Positions 30,262 through 46,721 of a stretch of 64,000 bases of DNA are shown one piece after another; the stretch's first letter is position 1, and every line of letters begins with the position of its first letter. The translations under genes were made by a program, and so were the position numbers. The stretch is from Polyangiales bacterium (lineage in GTDB: Bacteria > Myxococcota_A > Polyangia > Polyangiales > JADJQN01), in the NCBI GenBank assembly GCA_964202905.1, contig CAXNJO010000006.1:192001-256000 (forward strand), written 5' to 3'. Below the pieces are notes generated by a model, which did no database searches, had not been told where the DNA came from, and worked only from the letters and a program-made list of their open reading frames with translations.

Positions 30262-31130
30262 GACGGCCCCATCGCAGCCGCGATGGCCTCGATGAAGCGG
30301 ACCGCCAAGCCACGTCGTGGAGGCCGATGCGTGGTGAACCGCCTGGGCGCCTCCACGACGGAGACCGGGGTCTCCCGTGGCCTCGACGCCACTTCGCCGC
30401 CCTCCGCCGCGTCGTGGGGCCGGCATGAGCCGTCGGCGGTCGACGAAGGTCCAGCCTCGGCGGCCGGGCTCACGAAGACGGCCTCTGGAGACACGTCTCC
30501 GCGGATGGCTCGCAGAGGCATGGCCTCAGCCACGATGTCGACGTGCGAGGTGGGCACCGCCGCGAGCGGCACCATCAAGTTGTCGGCGTCGATCGCCGCC
30601 GGCCGCAGCCACAACTTGAAGTACCCGCGTGAACGCGGGGTCGCCCACTTGATGTTGAGCGACGTCGTCGTGAGCAACATCGAGATCGGGAGCCGGCGGC
30701 ACTCCTTGAGGAGCGAGCGCAGGCGCCGAACGTCGATGCCGCCGCGCTCGCTGAAGACGATGTCGCCGCCCGTGGGCCATGCAGCACAGGCAGCAGTGAC
30801 GAGCGCGGGGTCGATCTCGATGTCGCCGTCGAGGCGCACCTGGGCCGACTCCGCGGCCGCCGCCGCGAGCTCCCTCGCCGACGCCCGCTGCGCCTGTCCA
30901 CGAGCCTCGCGGGCTACCCGCTGCGCTCCCTCGATCGTGTCGACGAGCACGCCGACGGGGTCGTCGTTCCGATGGAGGCGCTCGAGGTTGGCGCGAGGGA
31001 AGCCGAGGATGTCCGGCAGCTCGGAGCCCGAGACCGCGATGACGTCGGCGAGCTGGTCACGCACGCCGTCGACGCCGTCGCGGTAGAGCCGGGCGAGCCC
31101 GCGGAGCTCCGCGAGCATCACCGCCGCCAT
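30258..31130 (-). CDS. Hypothetical protein
   Basis: ATGA overlap with radC; GAGGA RBS. Confidence 0.6.
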   Translation of the reverse strand: MAAVMLAELRGLARLYRDGVDGVRDQLADVIAVSGSELPDILGFPRANLERLHRNDDPVGVLVDTIEGAQRVAREARGQAQRASARELAAAAAESAQVRLDGDIEIDPALVTAACAAWPTGGDIVFSERGGIDVRRLRSLLKECRRLPISMLLTTTSLNIKWATPRSRGYFKLWLRPAAIDADNLMVPLAAVPTSHVDIVAEAMPLRAIRGDVSPEAVFVSPAAEAGPSSTADGSCRPHDAAEGGEVASRPRETPVSVVEAPRRFTTHRPPRRGLAVRFIEAIAAAMGPS

Positions 31131-31513
31131 CGACCGTCCTCGTCGAACATGTCTGCGGAGCGCGGGTCCTCCCCCCACCCAGGGAGCCGACTCTCGCGGT
31201 CGTCTCGTCGCTCGAAACGTCCGCGGTCGTCGAACCTCGAAGGCGGCGTCACGAGTGGCTCACGCGCCGGGGCGCTCGAGGTGGTGCGTCCGACCTCGAT
31301 CACGATGCCGGCGATGACGGCGTTGCGCTCGATGACAACGACGCCGTTGTAGAGGACGCCCATGGAGCCGGTGACCCGGAGGTCTTCCGGCGGCTCGACC
31401 AAAGGTCGAAGCTGCTCGAGCACGTTGCGGGTGCCGTCGAGCGCGATGTAGAAGATGGCGACCAACACGGCGCCCATGGCGCGGATGGTCTCCTTGGGGA
31501 GGTCGTCGTTCAT
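31118..31513 (-). CDS. Hypothetical protein
   Basis: In the same operon, plausible composition. Confidence 0.6.
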   Translation of the reverse strand: MNDDLPKETIRAMGAVLVAIFYIALDGTRNVLEQLRPLVEPPEDLRVTGSMGVLYNGVVVIERNAVIAGIVIEVGRTTSSAPAREPLVTPPSRFDDRGRFERRDDRESRLPGWGEDPRSADMFDEDGRWRR

Positions 31514-31530
31514 GTTCTTGTTCCCCGAAA

Positions 31531-31580
31531 GACGAAGCCCCGGCCCCCTCCTCGCGTGAGGAGAGAACCGGGGCCTCGTC
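31531..31580 (-). terminator. Long hairpin followed by TTT on the minus strand
   Basis: gacgaagccccgg..ctcctc gcgt gaggag..ccggggcctcgtc. Confidence 0.55.
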
Positions 31581-31600
31581 CAGCTCGGTGATGTGGTGGG

Positions 31601-31747
31601 TCAGCCCGCCTTTCCGAAGATGACGTTCTTCGCGATGGCGACGACCACGGCGACGACGACCCCCGCCGCGGCGCGCTGCACTCCGTCGTCCTTGACCAGG
31701 CCGGTGAAGAAGTTGCCGTTGTTCTCGGTGCTCTCGTTCGCGTTCAT
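31601..31747 (-). CDS. 48-aa hydrophobic peptide (below ORF-track cutoff)
   Basis: AAGGAG RBS; MNANESTENNGNFFTGLVKDDGVQRAAAGVVVAVVVAIAKNVIFGKAG*. Confidence 0.7.
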   Translation of the reverse strand: MNANESTENNGNFFTGLVKDDGVQRAAAGVVVAVVVAIAKNVIFGKAG

Positions 31748-31825
31748 GATGGAGTTCTCCTTGAGGTTGAACGCCGGCCAACACGGCTCGGGTTCATGTT
31801 CCTGATAGGAGAATCCGCCCCGTTT

Positions 31826-32551
31826 CTACATCGGCCCGAGATCGCCCGGCTGAAACCCAGCGAGACCGCCGATGATCTGCTCGAGGCTCCACGAGGGGTC
31901 GAACATGCGCGGCGCGGGCCACCCGTTCTGGGTGAAGAGCAGCGCCATCTCCGCGAAGTCCGCTTCAGGGCAGAGGACGAGGTACGGGCTTGGCAGCCCG
32001 AAGTTTCCGACATGCCGCCACTCGCGTTCCCACCAGAACTCCTTTCGGTAGCCACCTCCGCCCGTCGACGCCCCGGAACCCATCTGCTCGATGAAGGGCG
32101 TCAGCTCGAGAATGCCCTGCGCTTGCGCGTTTCTCGGGGCCGCGATCGCGGCGCTGACCAAACCATCGACGGCCTGCGTCAGCCATGTGTGGCCGGGGGT
32201 GATGTCCAGATACCAGACGGGATTGACGGCCCGGCGGCGCGCCTGCTTTCTGGTGATCGCGACGCCGTACGGCTCGAACTGGCAGCGCCGCCCGGTGATC
32301 TGCTCGGTCAGCAGGCTGACGTATTCGAGCGGGGTCTCCGTGAAACAGACCGCGTTCTGCGATGTCGTCGCGGCCTGCGCGTTCTTCAGCGCTGGCACGG
32401 CCTGGCCAAAGGCGCTCGTCGCGTTGATGGTCTGGGCAGTGAGGATGGACTTCAGCTGGTCCTTGGCGGACGTCGCGCCGTCCGCGCGAGTCAGATGAAC
32501 GAGGAAGGTGCTGAGGTCGGACCTGCGATGGAGGAGCTCTTCGATCTTCAT
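31826..32551 (-). CDS. AbiGi-like (ART-fold) putative anti-phage protein
   Basis: LSTFLVHLTR, VCFTETPL, YGVAI, NPVWY, WEREWRH motifs. Confidence 0.7.
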   Translation of the reverse strand: MKIEELLHRRSDLSTFLVHLTRADGATSAKDQLKSILTAQTINATSAFGQAVPALKNAQAATTSQNAVCFTETPLEYVSLLTEQITGRRCQFEPYGVAITRKQARRRAVNPVWYLDITPGHTWLTQAVDGLVSAAIAAPRNAQAQGILELTPFIEQMGSGASTGGGGYRKEFWWEREWRHVGNFGLPSPYLVLCPEADFAEMALLFTQNGWPAPRMFDPSWSLEQIIGGLAGFQPGDLGPM

Positions 32552-32611
32552 GTTGTCGCGCCGAGCCTATCGCAAAGAAGCGGCGGTTCGCCGCACGCTT
32601 CAGTGCGTCGC

Positions 32612-33752
32612 TCAGCCCGCCCGACGCGAGAGGTAGCGGTGGCCCGCCTCCTCAATCGTGAGCCGAGCCGCGACCTCCCCGCGGTCCCGCGCCACCGCCG
32701 TGATCGCGTTCGCGATGTCGTACGCCGTCGTCGGCACCTTCAGCGCCTCCGTGATCGTCTGCGTCGACGAGCTCGACGGCAGCAGCCCGTTCGAGCGCGA
32801 GCTCTCGGCCGACCGCCTGGACCTCGCTCTGGCCAAGGCCGAGCGCGCGGAGACCCTCGATCTCCTCGAGCGCCTCGTCGATGAGGAACTCGCTCGCGCG
32901 GCGCCAACGATCGATGTCGCCGCGGGCCTCGGCGAAGGCGACGGGCACGACGTCCCGGAGTTGCTCGTGGAGCCGCTTCGGATCGCCGACGTGACGCATG
33001 CGCATCGCAGCCTCGGACCGCCAAGCCCGCATGCCGTTGGTGCACACGAGGCGGTACGTGATTGGCGTGACCTGCACCGAGCGGACGCCGACCTCGGAGT
33101 TGCCGATGTCGAGGCCCCACTCGATGATGTCGTCCTTCCTCACTGCCATGCTCTCCGCCGGCAGCGTGATGCGGAGCAGCGTGCTCGCGCCGACCGCCGA
33201 CGCCCGCACCCGGCACTCCGCGAGGTAGCCGGCGCGGTCGAGCACATCGCCCACGACCTCGAGCACGAGCTCGTCGTCGAGAGCGGCGTAGCGATCGCTG
33301 ACGACCGCACGGACCTCACCACCGGCGAGGCGAAGGAGCGCGGACTGCCGCTCCTTCGTCATGCCGAAGTTCATGTTCGCCATCTGCAACTTCGCGGGGA
33401 GGTCGCGGATGTACGACGGCGGCGCACCGATGCGGGTGCAGAGCTGCGAGAACGCGAGCTCCCGCAGCGGCATCGGCTGCATCGGCTCGCGCCCGGGGAG
33501 CGGGACCGGCGCGATGGCCATCGAGCCATCGGCGTGGCCGAAGGCCCAGGTCCTGACGTCGTGGGCGACGACGTCGTCACGCACGCCGTCCTCCGCGTGA
33601 GCGTCGAGCACGAGCTGGGCGGCCTCCTCGAACGAGACCGGGTGGGTGTGCGCGATCCAGCGCTCATGCTGGTCGCGGCGGGGGCGAAGCGGGGACGACG
33701 GGGTGACGATGGACGGAGCGGTGCGCTCCGCTGCCTGGGCTGCTGCGGTCAT
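32612..33752 (-). CDS. DUF932-family mobile-element protein (apparent frameshift near 32790)
   Basis: VRAVVSDRY, IGNSEVG, YRLVCTNGM; C-terminus TAYDIANAITAVA in frame of ORF 32612..32836. Confidence 0.85.
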
Positions 33753-34076
33753 GGGGATCCTCCTTTGGGTGAACGAGGCGGGTCCGCCTCACCCTCCTGA
33801 TAGGAAGAACGTCGTTCGCTTTGCGCCGTCGGACCGGCCTCGGGCCTCCACGGAGATCGCCATCGGCCCCGCGTCCGTTCAGGGCCTCCAGGCGCCCCGA
33901 GTCCACCCAGCCGGGCGCCCCCCGTCAGTCGGGGCCCGCCCGCTGCGTCATCACGACATCCCCGGCGAAACGGGCCTGCCGGCGTAGACGTCCGACCGCG
34001 CCCGCCATACCCTCGCGACGCCGAACTTGAACATCAACATGGAGCCCGGGCCTCGCCGGCCAGCACGCACCCCAAG

Positions 34077-37586
<3,510 letters not shown>

Positions 37587-37611
37587 GACGAGACCGGCCC
37601 AGGACAGATCC

Positions 37612-40536
<2,925 letters not shown>

Positions 40537-40585
40537 GGAGCGCCTCGATGACCACCCGCCTCGTCTCGATCGATAGGGGGACCCT

Positions 40586-43346
40586 GTGACTCTCAAGCCT
40601 TGGCGTGACGTCATCCTGCCGCACGAGGACGTGCTCGACGGGAAGTTCGACGAGTCAGAGTTCGCTGCCGACCTCACGAAGGTCGTGCGCGGCATCGCGA
40701 AGCCCGAGTACCAGGACCCCGAGCGGTTCTTCGAGCGCACGGTGATCACCGAGGGGATGAGCTTGCTCCTCCAGTCGGTGGTGAAGCGCCTCGCCGGCAA
40801 GGGAGGCGATCCCGTCGTGCAGCTCCAGACCGCCTTCGGCGGCGGCAAGACGCACACGATGTTGGCCGTGATGCACGTCGCATCCGGCGCGACCCCGGCC
40901 AAGAAGATGCTCGGCGTCGCGGAGCTCCTCGACAAGGCGAAGGTGAAGGAGCTCGTTCGCGCACGCATCGCCGTGCTCGACGGGAACGCGCTCGCGCCGG
41001 CGCAGCCGCAGGAGCACGGGAAGATCTCGGCGAACACGCTGTGGGGCGAGCTCGCGTGGCAGCTCGGCAAGGAAGAGGGCTACGCCCTCGTCGCGGAGTC
41101 GGACCGCAGCGGCACATCCCCCGGGAAGGACGTGCTCGCGACCCTGCTCGAGAAGTTCGCGCCCGCCGTGATCCTCATGGACGAGACCGTCGCCTACATC
41201 CGCCAGCTCGAGCCCGGCAAGAGCTACAAGGGCGGCACCTTCAGCTCGAACCTCTCGTTCCTTCAGGCGCTCACCGAGGCCGTCTCGCGCGTGCCGAACG
41301 CCATGCTCCTGGCCTCGTTGCCTGAGAGCATGATGGAGGTCGGTGACGCGCAGGGGCAGTCGACCCTCGACTCCTGCCAGAAGATCTTCGGCCGCATCGA
41401 GGCGGTGTGGAAGCCGGTCGGCACCGACGAGGCATTCGAGATCGTGCGCCGCCGCCTCTTCAAGGGCGTGCAGAGCGACACCGCCCGTGACGAGGCGTGC
41501 CGTGCCTTCGCCGACCTCTACACGCAGAACGCCGACAAGTTCCCCGCCGAGACGCGCGACGCCGTGTACCTTCGTCGCCTGAAGGCGAGCTACCCGATCC
41601 ATCCCGAGGTCTTCGAGCGGCTCTACGAGGACTGGTCGACGCTGCCGAAGTTCCAGCGCACCCGCGGCGTGCTCCGTCTCGTAGCCCGCATGGTCCACTC
41701 GCTCTGGCGCAGCGACAACCGCGACTACCTCATCCTGCCGGGCTCGATCCCGCTCGACGACCACACCGTCCGCAACGAGCTCGTGAAGTACCTGCCCTCT
41801 GGGTGGGATCCCATCGTCGACAAGGACATCGACGGCGCCCACGCCGAGCCCCGCCGCATCGACGACGACGTCGCCGCGCTCGGCGCGATGCAGGCGTGCC
41901 GCCGGGTCGCCCGAGCCATCTTCCTGGGCTCCGCGCCGTCCGTCGGCGGTCAGAAGGTCCGCGGCATCGGCGTCGAGCGTGTCCGTCTCGGGTGTGTTCA
42001 GCCTGGCCAGTCGCCGGGCAAGTACGACGACGCGCTCAAGCGTCTCGCCGACCGGCTCCACTACCTCTACAGCGGCAACGACCGCTTCTGGTTCGACCAG
42101 CGCCCGAACCTCCGGCGCGAGATGGAAGACCGCCTCCAGCGCTTCGACCGGAAGCTCCACCTCTATCCCGAGATCCAGGAGCGCCTCCAGAAGCTCGTGA
42201 AGAGCAGCGCGGTGCAGGCCGTGCACATCTTCGCCGGGAGCAAGGACATCCCAGACAAGCCCGACCTGCGACTCGTGGTCCTCGACCCCGACCACAGCCA
42301 CAAGCGCAAGGACGACACCAGCAAGGCCGTGCGAGGCGCCGAGGACATCCTCAAGAGCCACGGCGACAAGCCGCGCGAGCACCAGAACCGGCTGCTCTTC
42401 CTCGTGCCCGACGTCAACGCGGTACAGCCGCTCCGCGACAACGTGCAGCGCTACCTCGCGTGGCAGTCGATCGTCGAGGATGCCGAGCAGCTCAACCTCG
42501 ACAAGCATCACGAGAAGGAAGCCGGCAAGAGCCTCGCCGAGGCGGCGGCCCGCGTGGATGCGAGCATCCGCGAGGCATACCGGATCCTGCTCGCCCCGAT
42601 GGCGGAGGCCGATGCCGTCGGCACCGTCCTCTGGGAAGACGAAGCGCTCAACCTCGCCGGGAGCACCTACGACAAGGCGATCACCACGACGACCCGCGAG
42701 AAGGAGTGGGTGATCTCCGCGTGGGCACCGACCCACCTCGCCACGTTGCTCGCCAAGTGGTTCTGGAAAGACGGCAAGTCCGACGTCGGCGCCAAGAAGG
42801 TCTGGCTGGACACCTGTCGCTACCTCTACCTCCCGCGCTTGGCCTCCGAGGACGTCTTCGTGAGCACCGTGCGCGACGGCGTCGCCCATCGTGACTGGTT
42901 CGGCTACGCCTCAGCGCGTGAAGGACGGCGCCTACCAGGGCGTCCTCTTCGGCAGCTCCGGCAGCGTCTACCTCGACGACAGCGCCGTGCTGATCCGACC
43001 GGACGCCATCACCATCACCACCGGCGGGACCCGTACGGGCTCCCAGCCTCCGACCACGCCGATACCCCCGAAGCGGCCGAGCGGTCATCCCCCGAAGGTC
43101 CCAACCGGCCCCGTGTATCGGCGGTTCCACGCGACCGTCGACATCGGCGCCGATCCCATCGGCTCCTTCACCGAGATCGTGGAGAACGTGATCGAGCGCC
43201 TCGCTACGGAGTACGGCACCCACGTCTCCATCACGATCGACATCGAGGCCGAGCGCCCGAGCGGCTTCGACGACAAGACCGTCCGCGTGGTGAAGGAGAA
43301 CGCCACCACGCTGAAGTTCAAGACCGCCGAGTTCGAGACCGAGTAG
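40586..43346 (+). CDS. DUF499 AAA+ ATPase (apparent frameshift near 42915)
   Basis: [37 protein letters not shown]; tail [11 protein letters not shown] in frame of ORF 42891..43346. Confidence 0.9.
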
Positions 43347-43529
43347 CGATGATGCGAGGTGACATCACGGTCTTCGCGTCGCCCGGTGCTGCCGCGGTGC
43401 TGCACGGCCGGGCCCGCCGACCGTCCGGCGCCGGTGACTCGTCCTGCGCGGGGTGGCGCGTGGTCGTTCACCGCTGGAACTCGCGGTGGGCCGACCCGGC
43501 CGTCGGGCGCTCGGCTGGAGCATCCGCCC

Positions 43530-44975
43530 GTGCCGACTGAAAGCGCGACGTTCCTCACCGAGTACCTCCGCGCGATCGAGGCGGGGACAGCTGCCGTCTT
43601 CGCCGGCGCCGGGCTCTCGATGGCGGCGGGGTACGTCGACTGGAAGAGGCTGCTCGCAGATGTCGTTGCCGAGCTGAAGCTCGACCCGGACACGGAAAAT
43701 CTGGTTGCCGCGGCGCAGTACCACGTCAACGAGCGCCGCACTCGCGGACGCCTGAACCAGCTCCTGATCGACGAGTTCACGAAGGACGCCGAACCGAACC
43801 CCAACCACAAGCTCCTTGCCCGGCTCCCGATCGAGACGATCTGGACCACGAACTACGACATCTTGCTCGAGACCGCGCTCGCGGCCGAGCACAAGCGTGT
43901 CGACGTGAAGCATCGACAGCCCCAGCTCGCGATCAGCAAGCCGGGTCGCCACGTCACGCTCTACAAGATGCACGGGGACATCTCGTCGCCAGACGAGGCT
44001 GTGCTCGTGAAGGAGGACTACGAGACGTACGACGAGAAGCGAAAGCTCTTCTCGTACCAGCTTCAGGGCGACCTGGTGGCGAAGACCTTCATGTTCATCG
44101 GGTTCAGCTTCACCGATCCCAACATCGACTACCTCCTCGGGCGCATCCGCGGCCTGATGAGCCAGCACGTTCGCACGCACTACTGCTTCATGCGGCGTGT
44201 ATCGAAGCCGGCGAGCAACGCCGGCAAGATCCTCGCGGACTACCAGTACGACCTGCGGCGGCAGCAGCTACTCATCGGCGACCTCAAGCGGTACGGCATT
44301 CAGACTGTGCTCGTTGAGGAGTACAGCGAGATCACGTCGATCCTCGAGCAACTCGATCGTCTGGTCTACCGGAGCAACGTGTTCGTGTCGGGCAGCGCGG
44401 AGGAGTACGCACCGTTCGACCAGCCTCGACTCGACGCCCTCTGCCGCACCCTGGGCCGAACGCTCATGGAGCGTGGACGGAAGCTCACGTCGGGCTTGGG
44501 CACAGGCGTCGGAGGCGTGGTCATCCTCGGCGCGATGGAGGCAATCTACCGGAGGGCGGCCGGCCGCGTGGACGACAGGTTGACGCTGCGACCGTTCCCG
44601 CAGGAACTCGCGGCCGGACCCACGCGCGATGCGATGTGGACTCGCTACCGAGAGGAGATGATCGGGCGTGCGGGCGCCGCTGTCTTTATCGCGGGCAACA
44701 AGCGGGTCGGTGGAACCGTCGTCGTGGCCGACGGCTGCCTGGAGGAGTTCGAGATCGCGAAGGCGCTCGGGCGGACACCGATACCGATCGGCTGTACCGG
44801 GCACGCCGCAGCTCAGATCTGGAACGAGGTGCACACCAACGTCGACACGTTCTACCCAGGGAAGGCGAGCGAGGCGCGAACCGCCCTCGGCGTCCTCAAC
44901 GACCCAGCCTCGGCGGACGTGCAGTTGGTGGAAGCGGTGATGGCGCTTCTCGAACTCGCCGGGGGCAAGAGGTGA
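43530..44975 (+). CDS. thsA: Thoeris ThsA (SIR2 NADase + SLOG domain)
   Basis: [72 protein letters not shown]. Confidence 0.9.
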   Translation: MPTESATFLTEYLRAIEAGTAAVFAGAGLSMAAGYVDWKRLLADVVAELKLDPDTENLVAAAQYHVNERRTRGRLNQLLIDEFTKDAEPNPNHKLLARLPIETIWTTNYDILLETALAAEHKRVDVKHRQPQLAISKPGRHVTLYKMHGDISSPDEAVLVKEDYETYDEKRKLFSYQLQGDLVAKTFMFIGFSFTDPNIDYLLGRIRGLMSQHVRTHYCFMRRVSKPASNAGKILADYQYDLRRQQLLIGDLKRYGIQTVLVEEYSEITSILEQLDRLVYRSNVFVSGSAEEYAPFDQPRLDALCRTLGRTLMERGRKLTSGLGTGVGGVVILGAMEAIYRRAAGRVDDRLTLRPFPQELAAGPTRDAMWTRYREEMIGRAGAAVFIAGNKRVGGTVVVADGCLEEFEIAKALGRTPIPIGCTGHAAAQIWNEVHTNVDTFYPGKASEARTALGVLNDPASADVQLVEAVMALLELAGGKR

Positions 44976-45568
44976 GGCGTTGCGAGGCGGCCACCAAGAG
45001 CGGGAAGAGGTGCCTGAACCGGCCGAGCGATGGAGTTCGGTTCTGTCCGAAGCACATGGGCCGGCTCGACCCGAAGCAGGCGACGTGGGTCGTGGGCGGT
45101 GCTGCTGTGGGGCACGCCATCGTGCCCGTGGTCGGCGGCATGATCGGCGCCGGCGTGGGATGGATCGCTGACAAGTTGACGATGGAGGCGAGAATGGCGC
45201 GCAAGAGAGTGTTCGTGAGCTTCGACTTCGACAACGACCGAGCCCTGAAGGAGTTCATCGTCGGTCAGGCGAAGCTCGCCGACTCGCCGTTCGAGATCGT
45301 CGACTGCTCGCTCAAGGAGGCCGCGCCGATGAAGACGTGGGAGGAGAAAGCGCGGCGGGCCATCGAGGGTTCGGACATCGTGCTTGTCATGGTGGGTGCC
45401 AGCACCCACAAGGCGAGCGGCGTGCTCAAGGAGGTCGCGATGGCCCGAGCGGCGGGCATCCCGCTCGTTCAGATCATCGGATACAAGGACGGCACCTACA
45501 CGGCGGTGAAGGACGCGGGTCGGCTCTACGCGTGGAACTGGGACAACCTGAAGAAGCTGCTCGGCTAG
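44972..45568 (+). CDS. thsB: Thoeris ThsB-like TIR protein with N-terminal CCCH finger and glycine-zipper segment
   Basis: GTGA overlap with thsA; TIR RVFVSFDFDND..DCSLKEA..GVLKEVAMA; internal ATG at 45194 with GGAGG RBS. Confidence 0.8.
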   Translation: MRRCEAATKSGKRCLNRPSDGVRFCPKHMGRLDPKQATWVVGGAAVGHAIVPVVGGMIGAGVGWIADKLTMEARMARKRVFVSFDFDNDRALKEFIVGQAKLADSPFEIVDCSLKEAAPMKTWEEKARRAIEGSDIVLVMVGASTHKASGVLKEVAMARAAGIPLVQIIGYKDGTYTAVKDAGRLYAWNWDNLKKLLG

Positions 45569-45604
45569 CCGCAAGTGCGGTCCTGCCACCGAGGCGGCCG
45601 GCGT

Positions 45605-46021
45605 CTACGGGAGGGCGCCGACGACGATCTCCTCGAGCCGCTCCGCGGTGTCGGCGACGAGGTCGAAGAGGGCGGCGCTCTGGGTGACCCCGGGCGCGAT
45701 GATCGCGATCGCCATCTTGGTGATGCCGCGCCCGATGAGGACCTGCTGCGTCACGGCGTGCTCACGCTCGCCGCCGATCAACGTGACGCCGTCGTGCGCA
45801 GGGACCGAGCTCTCCAGGGACGGCAGCGGGTGGGGAACGGCGGCGATATCGCCGGCGTAGGCGACCACCTCCTCGTGCCCGAGGATCCAGAGCACGACGA
45901 GCCGGGCGTCGGCCTCGCGCTCGAGGCGACGCAGTTCCTTCCGCAGACGGTGCTCCGTGCGGACGTCGATACGCCGCAGCAACCAGATGGCGGTGCCGGG
46001 GACGTCGTAGCTCGAGGTCAC
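45605..46021 (-). CDS. Putative Roadblock/LC7 (MglB-like) fold protein
   Basis: Helix-beta-beta pattern RLEREADARLVVLWIL..VVAYAG, C-terminal amphipathic helix; start uncertain. Confidence 0.45.
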   Translation of the reverse strand: MTSSYDVPGTAIWLLRRIDVRTEHRLRKELRRLEREADARLVVLWILGHEEVVAYAGDIAAVPHPLPSLESSVPAHDGVTLIGGEREHAVTQQVLIGRGITKMAIAIIAPGVTQSAALFDLVADTAERLEEIVVGALP

Positions 46022-46204
46022 GCCGGCCCCGGGTGCGATGCCGGCCGGGCGTGCGGTGCCGGCAGCAGCTGCATCGCGAGAGGATGTGCCGCTGGCTGGG
46101 TGCGAGCTGCGTCGTCGGTCCGGCGTTCTCCGAGACGGGGCGGGCGAGAATGGTACGTCCGCAGCCGCCCGTCCCCGCAACTGCCTTCCAGAGGGCCGCA
46201 TGCC

Positions 46205-46590
46205 GCGTCGGAGGCCCACTTTGGTGCTGAGCCGAGATCGCTCGTACCAATGTATCGAGGGGGTTGTGAGGGCTTCTGCTCTGGAGCCCCTGGAAAGACG
46301 GCCTCAAGAGGGCTCGTGCATGAGGCATGGCCCTGGGGATCGGCTCCAGGCATGCGCGACGTGGATGATGCCGACGGCACATGGCCATCGGCGCCCAGCG
46401 AGACTTCGGTCGGCGGGGTGGCTCCGGCGAGGATTCCCCGCCGGAGCCCATCGACAGGTCGTTCCCCATCGAGCCCGCGACTTGCCAAATCGCGGGAACC
46501 CCTCGCCACCTCACTGACAGCAGCAACCGCCACACAAGGCGCCAAGGACGCCTCAAGTACGGCCGCCACCGGACCGCCAGCCTCCGACGC
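46205..46590 (-). ncRNA. Candidate structured ncRNA downstream of the RT
   Basis: 11-bp closing inverted repeat (46205-46215 / 46580-46590) enclosing at least five hairpins; strand inferred, not certain. Confidence 0.4.
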
Positions 46591-46721
46591 CGCCCGACGG
46601 TCCAGCCAGGAGGGGCCTTTGGCCCCGCCCATATGGACCGCCCTACGGCGCATGAAGAGCGTGCGGGTGATCGCGACCGACTTGGCACTGACGGCCGCGA
46701 AACTCTGGTCCAGGAAGGCCA

